Assembly (NCBI GenBank): GCA_963785725.1
Contig: CAWAWS010000019.1
Span: 1 to 64,000 of the forward strand
Source of the DNA: an uncultured delta proteobacterium
Lineage (GTDB): Bacteria; Myxococcota_A; Polyangia; Palsa-1104
Reading direction: 5' to 3'
Length of the DNA: 64,000 bases
Part shown: piece after piece, positions 31,765-39,705 of the stretch
Layout: every line of letters starts with the position of its first letter
Position numbering within the stretch: the stretch's first letter is position 1
Notes under the pieces: generated by a model
Database searches by the model: none
Seen by the model: the letters and a program-made list of their open reading frames with translations, nothing else
What the model was told of the DNA's origin: nothing
Program-made: the position numbers and the translations under genes

Positions 31765-31789
31765 ACACTGAAGTAACCGCTTCACTATC
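31765..31789. repeat. REP-like palindromic element, copy 2
   Basis: ACACTGAAGTAACCGCTTCACTATC in the gap between the dehydratase and reductase genes. Confidence 0.65.
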
Positions 31790-31800
31790 GATGCGGGTGA

Positions 31801-32721
31801 TTACGAACGTTCGCGCGTCTTGAAGCTGCCTTCGAGGTAGGCCGGACCGCCGGGCGCGTCGCCGACCCAAATGCGCTCGCCCGACACGTACAAGCCGACG
31901 CGCGCCGGCAGCACGAGCGGACGCGTGAAGCGCACGTCGAATTCGCGGATGGCGTTGACGTCGCCGGCGAACTTGGTGCGCGTAAGCCCTTCGAACGCGC
32001 GCGCCATGGTGCCGAAGCCGTGCAAGATGGTGCTCTTGAAGCCGAAGGCGTGCGCCCACGCCGGCACCCAATGGACGGGGTTGAAGTCGCCGGTGAGCTT
32101 GGCGAAGTCGAGGCCCGCCTCCGCCGACAGCTTCCAATAGGCCAGCTCGCGCGCGTCGACCGGCACGCGCGCCTTGTCCTTGGGCTTGCCGTTGGGCTTC
32201 TTGTCGCCCTGGCCATTGTCGTTTTTGGCGAGCGGAATGAAGACGTACAAGTGCGCGGTGATGGCGTCGGGCGCGCTGCGCGTTCCCGTGATCATCTTTT
32301 GATCGAGGATGGCGCGGCTGCCGTTGTCGTCGATGGAGACGAGCTGCCCCGACACTTGCAGCGGCTCGCCGGCGGGCAGCGGCTGATCGATGGTCAGCTT
32401 GCAGCCGCCGTTCATCGCCGCCAGCATCGGATACTTCAGCCCCTCGACGAGCTTGCCGGTGAGCGGGAACGTCCACTGCGGAAACAGATGCGCCGGCACG
32501 ATCTTGCGATAGGCCGACGGATCGCCGCCGACATGACGCGCGTAAGCGCCGATGAGCTCGGGCGCGCGCGGCGGCACGGTCACGGTGTGCACGGGGCCGG
32601 GCACGATGACCTCGCCCGGCGTCGCCCAGCCGGCGCGCTGCTTGAACGCCGCGAACGCCGCCTCGCCCATGCCGCGCAAGACCGGCCCTTGATACCGCAC
32701 GTACTTGAGGGGAACGCTCAT
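31801..32721 (-). CDS. MaoC-like double hot-dog dehydratase (HtdX-like)
   Basis: Hydratase-2 motif FAKLTGDFNPVH...FGFKSTILHG and VRFTRPLVLP; ATGA overlap with the upstream gene. Confidence 0.85.
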   Translation of the reverse strand: MSVPLKYVRYQGPVLRGMGEAAFAAFKQRAGWATPGEVIVPGPVHTVTVPPRAPELIGAYARHVGGDPSAYRKIVPAHLFPQWTFPLTGKLVEGLKYPMLAAMNGGCKLTIDQPLPAGEPLQVSGQLVSIDDNGSRAILDQKMITGTRSAPDAITAHLYVFIPLAKNDNGQGDKKPNGKPKDKARVPVDARELAYWKLSAEAGLDFAKLTGDFNPVHWVPAWAHAFGFKSTILHGFGTMARAFEGLTRTKFAGDVNAIREFDVRFTRPLVLPARVGLYVSGERIWVGDAPGGPAYLEGSFKTRERS

Positions 32722-34646
32722 GCGATCTTCTCGACTTTCTCGGCGGTCGCTTGGCCGTGGCCGAGCTTCTTGAGCAGGCGGTCGCCCGTGTTGGTGATTT
32801 CGTCGACGAGGAACCGGGCGCGCGGCTCGGCGCGCTCCAAGTGGCGCTCGAGCAGCTCGCGGCGCTCGGGGAACTTCTTGGCCTGCGCCCACAAGAGGTC
32901 GGCGATCGCTTCGTCCGCCAAGATGCGGATGAGGCGCTCGGCGTGCAGCATGGCGTAGGCGAAGTCGCGCTTGGGATTCCAGTTCTTGAGGAACCGGCGC
33001 GGCCACTCGCCGAGCGGGAACTCTTGCACCGACTTCAGCTTGTCGCCGGCCGTGCGCATCATGAGGTGCTGCTGCGCTTGGAACGACAGCGTCTGCAGCC
33101 GGGCCACGCCGCGCTCGAGCGGATCGCGCGTCGACACCGTGCGCCAACGCGCCTGCGCCCCTTTGCGCACGAACTTTTGCGGGTTCTTGATGATGCCGCC
33201 GAGCGTGTCCTTCATCGCCATCAGCGCCTGGATTTGCGACGTGCCTTCGTAGATCGGCATGACCATCGCGTCGCGCAAGAGCTTCTCGGCGCCGTAGTCT
33301 TTCGTGTAGCCGACGCCGCCATGGATCTGCACCGCGCGGCGCGACAGCTCGACCGCTTTCTCGGCGCCGAGGTACTTCAAGAGCGGCGTCACGCGACGCG
33401 CCTGGCGCTTGTGCCGCGCCACCTCGCGCTTCAAGAGCGCGCGCGCCTCTTCGGACAGCTCGGCGAACTTGAGCTGCAGCTCCTTCTTTTGCGCCAGCTC
33501 CTCGTGAAACGCGCCGTGCACGGCCAACGCGCGCACGCCGGCGACATCGGTGCGCATCTCTTCGAAGTAGTCGGCGATCATCTCATGCTGATCGATCGAC
33601 TTGCCCATCGAGCGCCGCTCGACGGCATAGGCCTGCGCCAGCCGAATGGCCGCTTCGCCGAGGCCGATGCACTCGAAGCCGACGCCGAGCCGCGCGCCGT
33701 TCATGAGCGTCAGCATGTACTGGAAGCCTTCGCCGCGCTTGCCGACGAGCTGCGCCGGCGCGCGGTCGAACTCCAGCGACGCCGTGACCGATGCGTGATG
33801 CCCGAGCTTCTCTTCGATGCGCCCGATCTTGACGACGCGATCGCGCTTGCCGTTCTCCTCGGAATAGGTGGGCACGAGGAACATCGACAGGCCGCCGAGA
33901 CCGGCGAACGGATCGTTCGGATCCTTGACGCTCTCGGTGCGCGCGATGACGAAGTGGTACTTGCCGTGGCCCGACGTGATGAAGATCTTGGTGCCGGTGA
34001 CGAACCAGTTGCCGTCGGCGTCCTGCTCGCCGCGGGCGCGCAAGGCGGCCATGTCGCTGCCGGCGTCGGGCTCGGTGATGTCCATGCAGCCCCACGCGTC
34101 GCCGCGCGCGATCTCCTCGATGTACGACTGCCAGCGCGTCTCCAAGATCTTGCCGGTGGTCGGGTCGATCTTGGTGGTGCCTTCGCGCGTCGAGAACAGG
34201 ATCATGGCCAGCGCGATGCCGCCGTGGAAGCCGTGGTGCGCCATGACCGAGACGTCGCCGCGCGCGAAGACCTCGGACGCCAAGTAGTAGACGAGCGCGG
34301 GCGCGTTCATGCCGCCCAGCTCGCGCGGCACGCACAGCCCGTGCAACCCTAACGCTTTGATCTGATCGAAGATGCCTTGCAGCCGCTTCGGGAACACCGC
34401 CTCGCCGTCGACGAAGTCGACCGCCTCGCGATCGAGCTGCGCGCCATGCGGCGCGATCTCCTCGGCCACGAAGCCGCCGATGAGGCCGAGCGTCTCCTTG
34501 TAGAACTCGAGCGCCTCGGCGGCCGACTTGGGCGCGCCTTCCGCGCGGCCCTCGGCTTCGGTCAAGCTGTAGAGCGGCTCCCAGTCGATCCATTTCTCGA
34601 CGTAGAAGCGCAGATCGTCATTGTCCTGATAGAAGTCGTTGGCCAT
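32718..34646 (-). CDS. Acyl-CoA dehydrogenase
   Basis: ITEPDAGSD, GTKIFITSG, EEKLG, QIHGGVGY and IYEGTSQIQ motifs. Confidence 0.92.
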   Translation of the reverse strand: MANDFYQDNDDLRFYVEKWIDWEPLYSLTEAEGRAEGAPKSAAEALEFYKETLGLIGGFVAEEIAPHGAQLDREAVDFVDGEAVFPKRLQGIFDQIKALGLHGLCVPRELGGMNAPALVYYLASEVFARGDVSVMAHHGFHGGIALAMILFSTREGTTKIDPTTGKILETRWQSYIEEIARGDAWGCMDITEPDAGSDMAALRARGEQDADGNWFVTGTKIFITSGHGKYHFVIARTESVKDPNDPFAGLGGLSMFLVPTYSEENGKRDRVVKIGRIEEKLGHHASVTASLEFDRAPAQLVGKRGEGFQYMLTLMNGARLGVGFECIGLGEAAIRLAQAYAVERRSMGKSIDQHEMIADYFEEMRTDVAGVRALAVHGAFHEELAQKKELQLKFAELSEEARALLKREVARHKRQARRVTPLLKYLGAEKAVELSRRAVQIHGGVGYTKDYGAEKLLRDAMVMPIYEGTSQIQALMAMKDTLGGIIKNPQKFVRKGAQARWRTVSTRDPLERGVARLQTLSFQAQQHLMMRTAGDKLKSVQEFPLGEWPRRFLKNWNPKRDFAYAMLHAERLIRILADEAIADLLWAQAKKFPERRELLERHLERAEPRARFLVDEITNTGDRLLKKLGHGQATAEKVEKIA

Positions 34647-34649
34647 GGT

Positions 34650-35294
34650 TCACCTCGCGCGGGCCGTGCGGGTTCGCGTGCGAACCGGCGCGGTCGGGTT
34701 TAGGAGCGCGGCGCGCGCCACGCGTTTGAGCTCCGCTAAGAGCCGATGATCGAGCGGTTGGTGCGCCTGCGCAGCCGTCGCCGGCGGCAAGAGCACCTGC
34801 AAAATGGGACCGAACGCGAAGGTGCCGATGACGAGCTGGATGACCTGCAGGACGTAGCCGGCGGCGTCGACGTCGACGCGCATCGAGCCGTCCGCCTGTG
34901 CCTTCTGGATCGACTCGGCGACGACACCGAGCCACGGCGAGGCGTGGACGGCCAGCATCTGCCGCATCTGCGCCGGCCGATCGAGCGCTTCGCGCAAGAG
35001 CAGTCGCGCGCGATCGCGATCCTCGGCGAAGAAGCGCAGGGTCTCGTCCAAGATCGCGTCGAAGCGATCTTCACGCGCGGCCGCTTTCAAGAGGCGCGGC
35101 AAGGCCTCGTTCCAGCGCGACAGGAGATGCTCGAGCACGCGATCGTGCAGCGCCTCCTTCGACGGGAAGTGATAGAGCAGCGACGGCTTCTTCACACCCA
35201 CCGCGTCGGCGATGTCCTGCAGCGACGTGCCGTCCGCGCCCTTCTCGGCGAAGAGCCGCGTCGCGTGAGCCAGGATCTTGTCGCGCATCTCCAT
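34650..35294 (-). CDS. TetR/AcrR family transcriptional regulator
   Basis: HTH TSLQDIADAVGVKKPSLLYHFPSKE; first gene of the fatty-acyl operon. Confidence 0.92.
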   Translation of the reverse strand: MEMRDKILAHATRLFAEKGADGTSLQDIADAVGVKKPSLLYHFPSKEALHDRVLEHLLSRWNEALPRLLKAAAREDRFDAILDETLRFFAEDRDRARLLLREALDRPAQMRQMLAVHASPWLGVVAESIQKAQADGSMRVDVDAAGYVLQVIQLVIGTFAFGPILQVLLPPATAAQAHQPLDHRLLAELKRVARAALLNPTAPVRTRTRTARAR

Positions 35295-35299
35295 CGTGT

Positions 35300-35335
35300 C
35301 TACCGATCGGTCACCTTTTGTCTACCATTTGGTAG
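35300..35335. promoter_or_regulatory. Two related 14-bp palindromes, probable TetR operators
   Basis: CTACCGATCGGTCA (35300-35313) and CTACCATTTGGTAG (35322-35335), each preceded by TGT, 22 bp apart and immediately upstream of tetR. Confidence 0.7.
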
Positions 35336-35337
35336 GC

Positions 35338-35463
35338 AACCGATCAAGCGTCTCGATGCGTCATTGCTGGTCCCGCTCCTGCTTCTAGCTTATCGAACGA
35401 TAAGGCGCTGGATGAGCGCGTACGTGCGGATCACCCGTAATGACATGATGTGCTTGGACTGTT
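35338..35463 (+). ncRNA. Candidate rod-shaped structured RNA of unknown family
   Basis: Nested complementary segments CAAGCG/TGCTTG, GTCATTGC/GTAATGAC, TGGTCC(C)GC/GCGGATCA, CTAG/CTGG and CTTATCG/CGATAAG. Several non-Watson-Crick positions are G-U on the + strand. Folded by eye only. Confidence 0.35.
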
Positions 35464-35506
35464 TCATGGGACAGCGGGCTTGGGGAGTGCGCGCCGCCGG
35501 CGTCGC

Positions 35507-36283
35507 TTAGCGGCCGGTAAACTTCGCGGCGCGCCGTTCGAGGAACGACTGCAGGCCCTCTTTGGCGTCCTCGCTGCGCAAGAGCGGCTGCAGATCGGGC
35601 AAGAGGCGACGCGCCGCTTCGGCTTCGTCGGCGAGCGCCAGGCGCGACGAGGCCAAGGTCGCGCGCACGCCGAGCGGCGCCTGCGCGGCGATGCGCTCGG
35701 CGATCTCGATGGCGCGCGCCGTGTCCTGGCCGGCGTCGACGACGTCTTGCACGAGGCCGACGCGCTGCGCCTCTTCGGCGCTGAGCTCGTCGGCGGTCAA
35801 AAGCCAGCGCATGGCGTTGGCCCAGCCGATCTCGCGCGGCATGCGAATCGTGGCGCCACCGACGGGAAAGATGCCGCGCCGGACCTCGATCTGGCCGAAG
35901 CGCGCGTCGCGCGCGGCGACGCGAATGTCGGTCGCCAGCATGAGCTCGATGCCGATCGTGTAGCAGATGCCGTGGATGGCCGAGACCACCGGCTTCGACA
36001 GCGTCGGGCCGCGCAGGCCGAGCGGATCGATGGCGCCCGCCGGCACCGGCATCTCGCCCTCGGCGAACACCGGCGTCCACTGCGCCAGATCGAGCCCGCC
36101 CGTGAAGTGATCGCCGTGCGCGAAGAGGACGGCACAGCGCAGGTCGTCGTCGGCGTCGAGCCGCGCGTAGGCGTGACCGATGGCCTCGTACATGCCGACG
36201 TCGAAGGCGTTGCGTTTTTGCGGGCGATTGATGCCGATCAGCAGCAGCTGCTGCCGTTTTTCGACGCTGATGTGCTCGCTCAT
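35507..36283 (-). CDS. Enoyl-CoA hydratase/crotonase family protein
   Basis: INRPQKRNAF, FTGGLDL, KPVVSAIHG, EVRRGIFP and SEDAKEG motifs. Confidence 0.9.
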   Translation of the reverse strand: MSEHISVEKRQQLLLIGINRPQKRNAFDVGMYEAIGHAYARLDADDDLRCAVLFAHGDHFTGGLDLAQWTPVFAEGEMPVPAGAIDPLGLRGPTLSKPVVSAIHGICYTIGIELMLATDIRVAARDARFGQIEVRRGIFPVGGATIRMPREIGWANAMRWLLTADELSAEEAQRVGLVQDVVDAGQDTARAIEIAERIAAQAPLGVRATLASSRLALADEAEAARRLLPDLQPLLRSEDAKEGLQSFLERRAAKFTGR

Positions 36284-36312
36284 GGCCGCATACTACGCGA
36301 GCCGCGCGGAGG

Positions 36313-36735
36313 TCAGAAGGTGACGTCGTCGTCGACGGTCTGCACGATGGTGACGGCCGTCGACGTATACGTCGCCGCCGACACGACCGACGGGCTCACC
36401 GGCTGGCGGCCGGCCGCCGAGCAGGCCACGGTGAGCTTGACCGAAGTGGCCTCGAAGTCGAACTGCGCGGAGCTGGTGACGCCGTCGCTGTCGGTGCCCG
36501 CGGCCTGCGCCCACACGCCGAAGATGGGTAGATCGCTCGTCGCGCCCGGCGACACCAGCGTCAACGCCAAGTCGTTCGGCGCCGTGCCCAGCGTCAGCGT
36601 CGAGCCCGCGACCGTGTAGCTGGAGGTGGCGGCGTTGAGGCCGGCGCCGCAATCGAACATGACCGGCTGCGCGCTGCTGCCGCCGCAACCGGCGACGAGG
36701 ATCGAGGCAAAGAGGCAACCCAGCTTCGTGTTCAT
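36313..36735 (-). CDS. Small Ser/Thr-rich lipoprotein (paralog 2)
   Basis: MNTKLGCLFASILVAGC lipobox; RBS AGGAG; collinear similarity to the upstream gene. Confidence 0.75.
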   Translation of the reverse strand: MNTKLGCLFASILVAGCGGSSAQPVMFDCGAGLNAATSSYTVAGSTLTLGTAPNDLALTLVSPGATSDLPIFGVWAQAAGTDSDGVTSSAQFDFEATSVKLTVACSAAGRQPVSPSVVSAATYTSTAVTIVQTVDDDVTF

Positions 36736-36810
36736 GCGAATCTCCTGAACACGCGACTAACACGAGCGGTGGGGCTATTTCGACGAAATAAGCGCGCCCC
36801 GAGCGCGGGC

Positions 36811-37272
36811 TTAGAACGACTCGGTGTCGGACTCGTTCTGCTGGATGACGAGCGTCGTGTCCGTGATCGTGGCCGTCGACGTGGCCGTGGCGGTCGTCGG
36901 ATTGTGGCCGAGCGCGCTGCAGATGGTGCTGACCGTGACCTTGCCGGGCTCGATGTCGAGCGAGCCGACCGCGGTCAGGTCGAGCACGTTGGAGTCAGAC
37001 GACGGCAGCTGCCAGCCGCCGTAGATGGGCTCGGCGGTCGACGAGCCGGCGGACAAGCGCGTCAGCGTCACCGCCTGCCCGCCGGTGGTCAGCGTCAGCG
37101 ACGAGCCGCTGACGACGTACGTGGACGTGCTCGCCGTCAAGTTGGCGTTGCAGGTGTACGTCGCGTTGTTGTTGTTGTTGTTGTTGTTGGAGGTCGTCGT
37201 CGAGCCACCGCCGCAGCCGCCAACGCTGGCGATCATCATCAAACCGAACAGACAACCAAGCTTCGTGTTCAT
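36811..37272 (-). CDS. Small Ser/Thr-rich lipoprotein with poly-Asn linker (paralog 1)
   Basis: MNTKLGCLFGLMMIASVGGC lipobox; RBS AGGAG; (AAC)8 tract. Confidence 0.75.
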   Translation of the reverse strand: MNTKLGCLFGLMMIASVGGCGGGSTTTSNNNNNNNNATYTCNANLTASTSTYVVSGSSLTLTTGGQAVTLTRLSAGSSTAEPIYGGWQLPSSDSNVLDLTAVGSLDIEPGKVTVSTICSALGHNPTTATATSTATITDTTLVIQQNESDTESF

Positions 37273-37317
37273 CGGAGTCTCCTGACCGTCGTCAATTCGA
37301 GGTCGGGTCGCGGCCAT

Positions 37318-37333
37318 TGCGAGCGCCGTGCCG
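37318..37333 (-). promoter_or_regulatory. Sigma-54-like promoter for the lipoprotein pair
   Basis: Minus-strand CGGCACGGCGCTCGCA gives GG-N10-GC about 46 nt upstream of the ATG at 37272. Confidence 0.5.
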
Positions 37334-37543
37334 AATGCGATCAACGCGGCGCGCGTCGCTTCGCGCTGCAGTCGTGGCTTTTTCGACGACAAAACCGTGT
37401 CCCAGGGCGACAGGAGCTGTCGCCTCGCTGGAACGCGCTAACGTCACCGGGGCGTCGCGTCTGTGACTTCGAGCGGCGCGGCGGCCGCTGCGGACGGGCT
37501 ACCGTTGACCGCGCCCGATGCGGCCGTTAGGCTCGGTTCATTC

Positions 37544-38830
37544 GTGATTTCAGTCGGTAGCATCCTGCACGATACCTATCGCATCGACGAGGAGCTCGGC
37601 CGGGGCGGGATGGGTTGCGTTTTTGCGGCGACCCACATGCGACTGCCGCGCCGAGTGGCCGTCAAGGTATTGATGCAAACGACGGACGGCCAATCGCTGA
37701 AGCGTTTTCGGCGCGAGGCCGAGATCTGCTCGCAGATCGGCCATCGCAACATCGTCGAGGTGTTCGACTTCAACGAGGTCGACGGGCAGCCCTACATCGT
37801 CATGGAGCTGTTGAGCGGCGAGTCGCTGCGCCAGCGGCTCGATCGCGAGCCGGTGTTGGCGCGGGCGACGCTGATTCAGCTGGTGCGCGAAGTGGGCAAG
37901 GCGCTGTCGGCGGCGCACGCGGCCGAGGTCGTGCATCGCGATCTGAAGCCGGCCAACTTGTTCATCAGTCGAGAAGAGGGCGAAGAGCGCTTCAAGGTGC
38001 TCGACTTCGGCATCAGCAAGATCGTGGGCATGCGCTCGTTGCAGACGCGCGATGACTTGCTCTTGGGGACGCCGGGCTATATGTCGCCGGAGCAGGCGCG
38101 CGGCGACGTGCAGAGCGTCAACGCCAAGGCCGATCAGTTCTCGCTGGCGACGATCGTGTACGAGGCGCTGAGCGGCAAGGCGGCGTTCGTGGCCGAGGGC
38201 GATACGCCGTATACGGTGCTGTACAAGATCGTGCACAAGGATCCGCCGCCGCTGTTGGAGCAGCAGCCGGAGGTGCGCGACGTGTTGGCGCGGGCGTTGG
38301 CCAAGGAGCCGGCGGACCGCTTCGTCGACGTGGCCGAGATGGCGGACGCGCTGGTGGCGGCGTTGGCGAAGGTGCCGGACACGCGGCCGTACGTGCCGTT
38401 GCGCGAGGGGCCGCCGCAGCGGCGGCGTTGGCCGCTCGTCGTCGGCGCGATCGTCGTGGCGGCGGCGTTGGGCGCGGGCGCGATCGTGTGGCAGCGCGCG
38501 CGGGCGCAGCGGCCGCCGCAGCCGAGCCTGCCACTGCCGCAAGCGCAGAAGCCGGCGGAGAAGATCGTTCCACCGGCGCCGATTCCGCTGCCGCCGCCGC
38601 CGCAAACGCCGCCGACGACGCTGACGCACGACACGCGCACGCCGGCGAAAGCGGAGCCGGCGAATCTGGACACGCCGGCGCTGCCGAAGACGCAGCCGCC
38701 GCGCACGGCCAAAGATCGCGTGCACGTCAAGACGCCGCCGAAAACGCCGCCGAAGACGCAGCCCAAGACGACGAAGCCCGCGAAGCCTGAAGACGACGAG
38801 CTGTCGAATCCGTACAAGGAGGCGCCGTGA
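37544..38830 (+). CDS. Membrane Ser/Thr protein kinase with Pro-rich extracytoplasmic tail
   Basis: GRGGMG, VAVK, HRDLKPAN, DFG and GTPGYMSPE motifs; TM segment; C-terminal LSNPY. Confidence 0.92.
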   Translation: MISVGSILHDTYRIDEELGRGGMGCVFAATHMRLPRRVAVKVLMQTTDGQSLKRFRREAEICSQIGHRNIVEVFDFNEVDGQPYIVMELLSGESLRQRLDREPVLARATLIQLVREVGKALSAAHAAEVVHRDLKPANLFISREEGEERFKVLDFGISKIVGMRSLQTRDDLLLGTPGYMSPEQARGDVQSVNAKADQFSLATIVYEALSGKAAFVAEGDTPYTVLYKIVHKDPPPLLEQQPEVRDVLARALAKEPADRFVDVAEMADALVAALAKVPDTRPYVPLREGPPQRRRWPLVVGAIVVAAALGAGAIVWQRARAQRPPQPSLPLPQAQKPAEKIVPPAPIPLPPPPQTPPTTLTHDTRTPAKAEPANLDTPALPKTQPPRTAKDRVHVKTPPKTPPKTQPKTTKPAKPEDDELSNPYKEAP

Positions 38831-39705
38831 AGACGCCGGCCTTGGCGCTCGCGCTCGTCCTGCTCGGCAACGGCGCGTTCGCGGCGCCGCAAACGCCGGG
38901 ACAGCAGCTGTATCAGGCGGGCGAGCGCGCGTTTCATCTGCAGCATTGGGAAGAGGCGCGGCGTTCGTTCGCCGCCGCTTACGAGCTCGATCGCAAGCCG
39001 GAGCTGCTCTACGACGTGGCCTTGGCGACGTGGCGTTTGGCGCGCGAGGACGAGACGCTGGCGTCGCTGCAGGCGGCGCGCGCGGCCTATCAGCGCTATC
39101 TCGACGAGGCGACGGTCGGGCGGCGGCGCAAGCCGGCGGAAGAGGCGCTGGCGCAGATCGACGCGCAGCTGCCGAAGCCGAAGCCGGCCAACGTCGGGCC
39201 GCGCGACGACGACGACGATCCGGCGCAGCCGCTCGATCCCTACGCGCCGCCGCGCAAGCTGCCGCCGATTCCGAAGCCGATCATCATCGGTCAGCCGCCG
39301 AAGCCGGTGCAGCAGCAGCAGGCGCCGGTGCAGCCGAAAGCGAACCCGCAGCCGCCCAAGGGCATGATCGAGGTCGACAGCGAGGTGCCGCCGCGGAGCC
39401 CGGCCGAGCTGCGCAAGCAGCAGCAGAAGCAGCCGGAGCAGAAGCAGCCGGCGCTGCCGAAGCACAATCCCAACCTGCCGAAGGGCATGATCGAGGTCGG
39501 CGACTCGGCGGCGCCGTCGCAAACGCCGCATGACGAGCTGACGATGACGAGGCCACGGGCGAAAGACGGCGCGCATCGTCGCTGGGTGACGCCGGTCGTC
39601 GTCGTCGGCGTGCTGTGCGCGGCGGGGCTGGCGATCGGCCTCGGCGTCGGGCTGAGCGAGCATTCGTCGTCGTCGAACATGCTGCAGCCGATCATGGTCA
39701 ATTGA
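38827..39705 (+). CDS. Secreted TPR-like protein with Pro/Gln-rich linker and C-terminal hydrophobic anchor
   Basis: Signal peptide, FAAAYELDRKPELLYDVA, duplicated PKGMIEV motif; GTGA overlap with the kinase. Confidence 0.75.
   Translation: MKTPALALALVLLGNGAFAAPQTPGQQLYQAGERAFHLQHWEEARRSFAAAYELDRKPELLYDVALATWRLAREDETLASLQAARAAYQRYLDEATVGRRRKPAEEALAQIDAQLPKPKPANVGPRDDDDDPAQPLDPYAPPRKLPPIPKPIIIGQPPKPVQQQQAPVQPKANPQPPKGMIEVDSEVPPRSPAELRKQQQKQPEQKQPALPKHNPNLPKGMIEVGDSAAPSQTPHDELTMTRPRAKDGAHRRWVTPVVVVGVLCAAGLAIGLGVGLSEHSSSSNMLQPIMVN

Noticed and set aside
35338..35463. Identification as 6S RNA or SRP RNA
   Set aside because: It is shorter than typical 6S with no large central bubble or usual gene context, and lacks the SRP GGAA-loop motif. 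Kept only as an unknown structured RNA candidate.
35412..35510. 32-aa ORF containing CLDC
   Set aside because: Short, with weak coding bias and overlapping the structured region; insufficient support.
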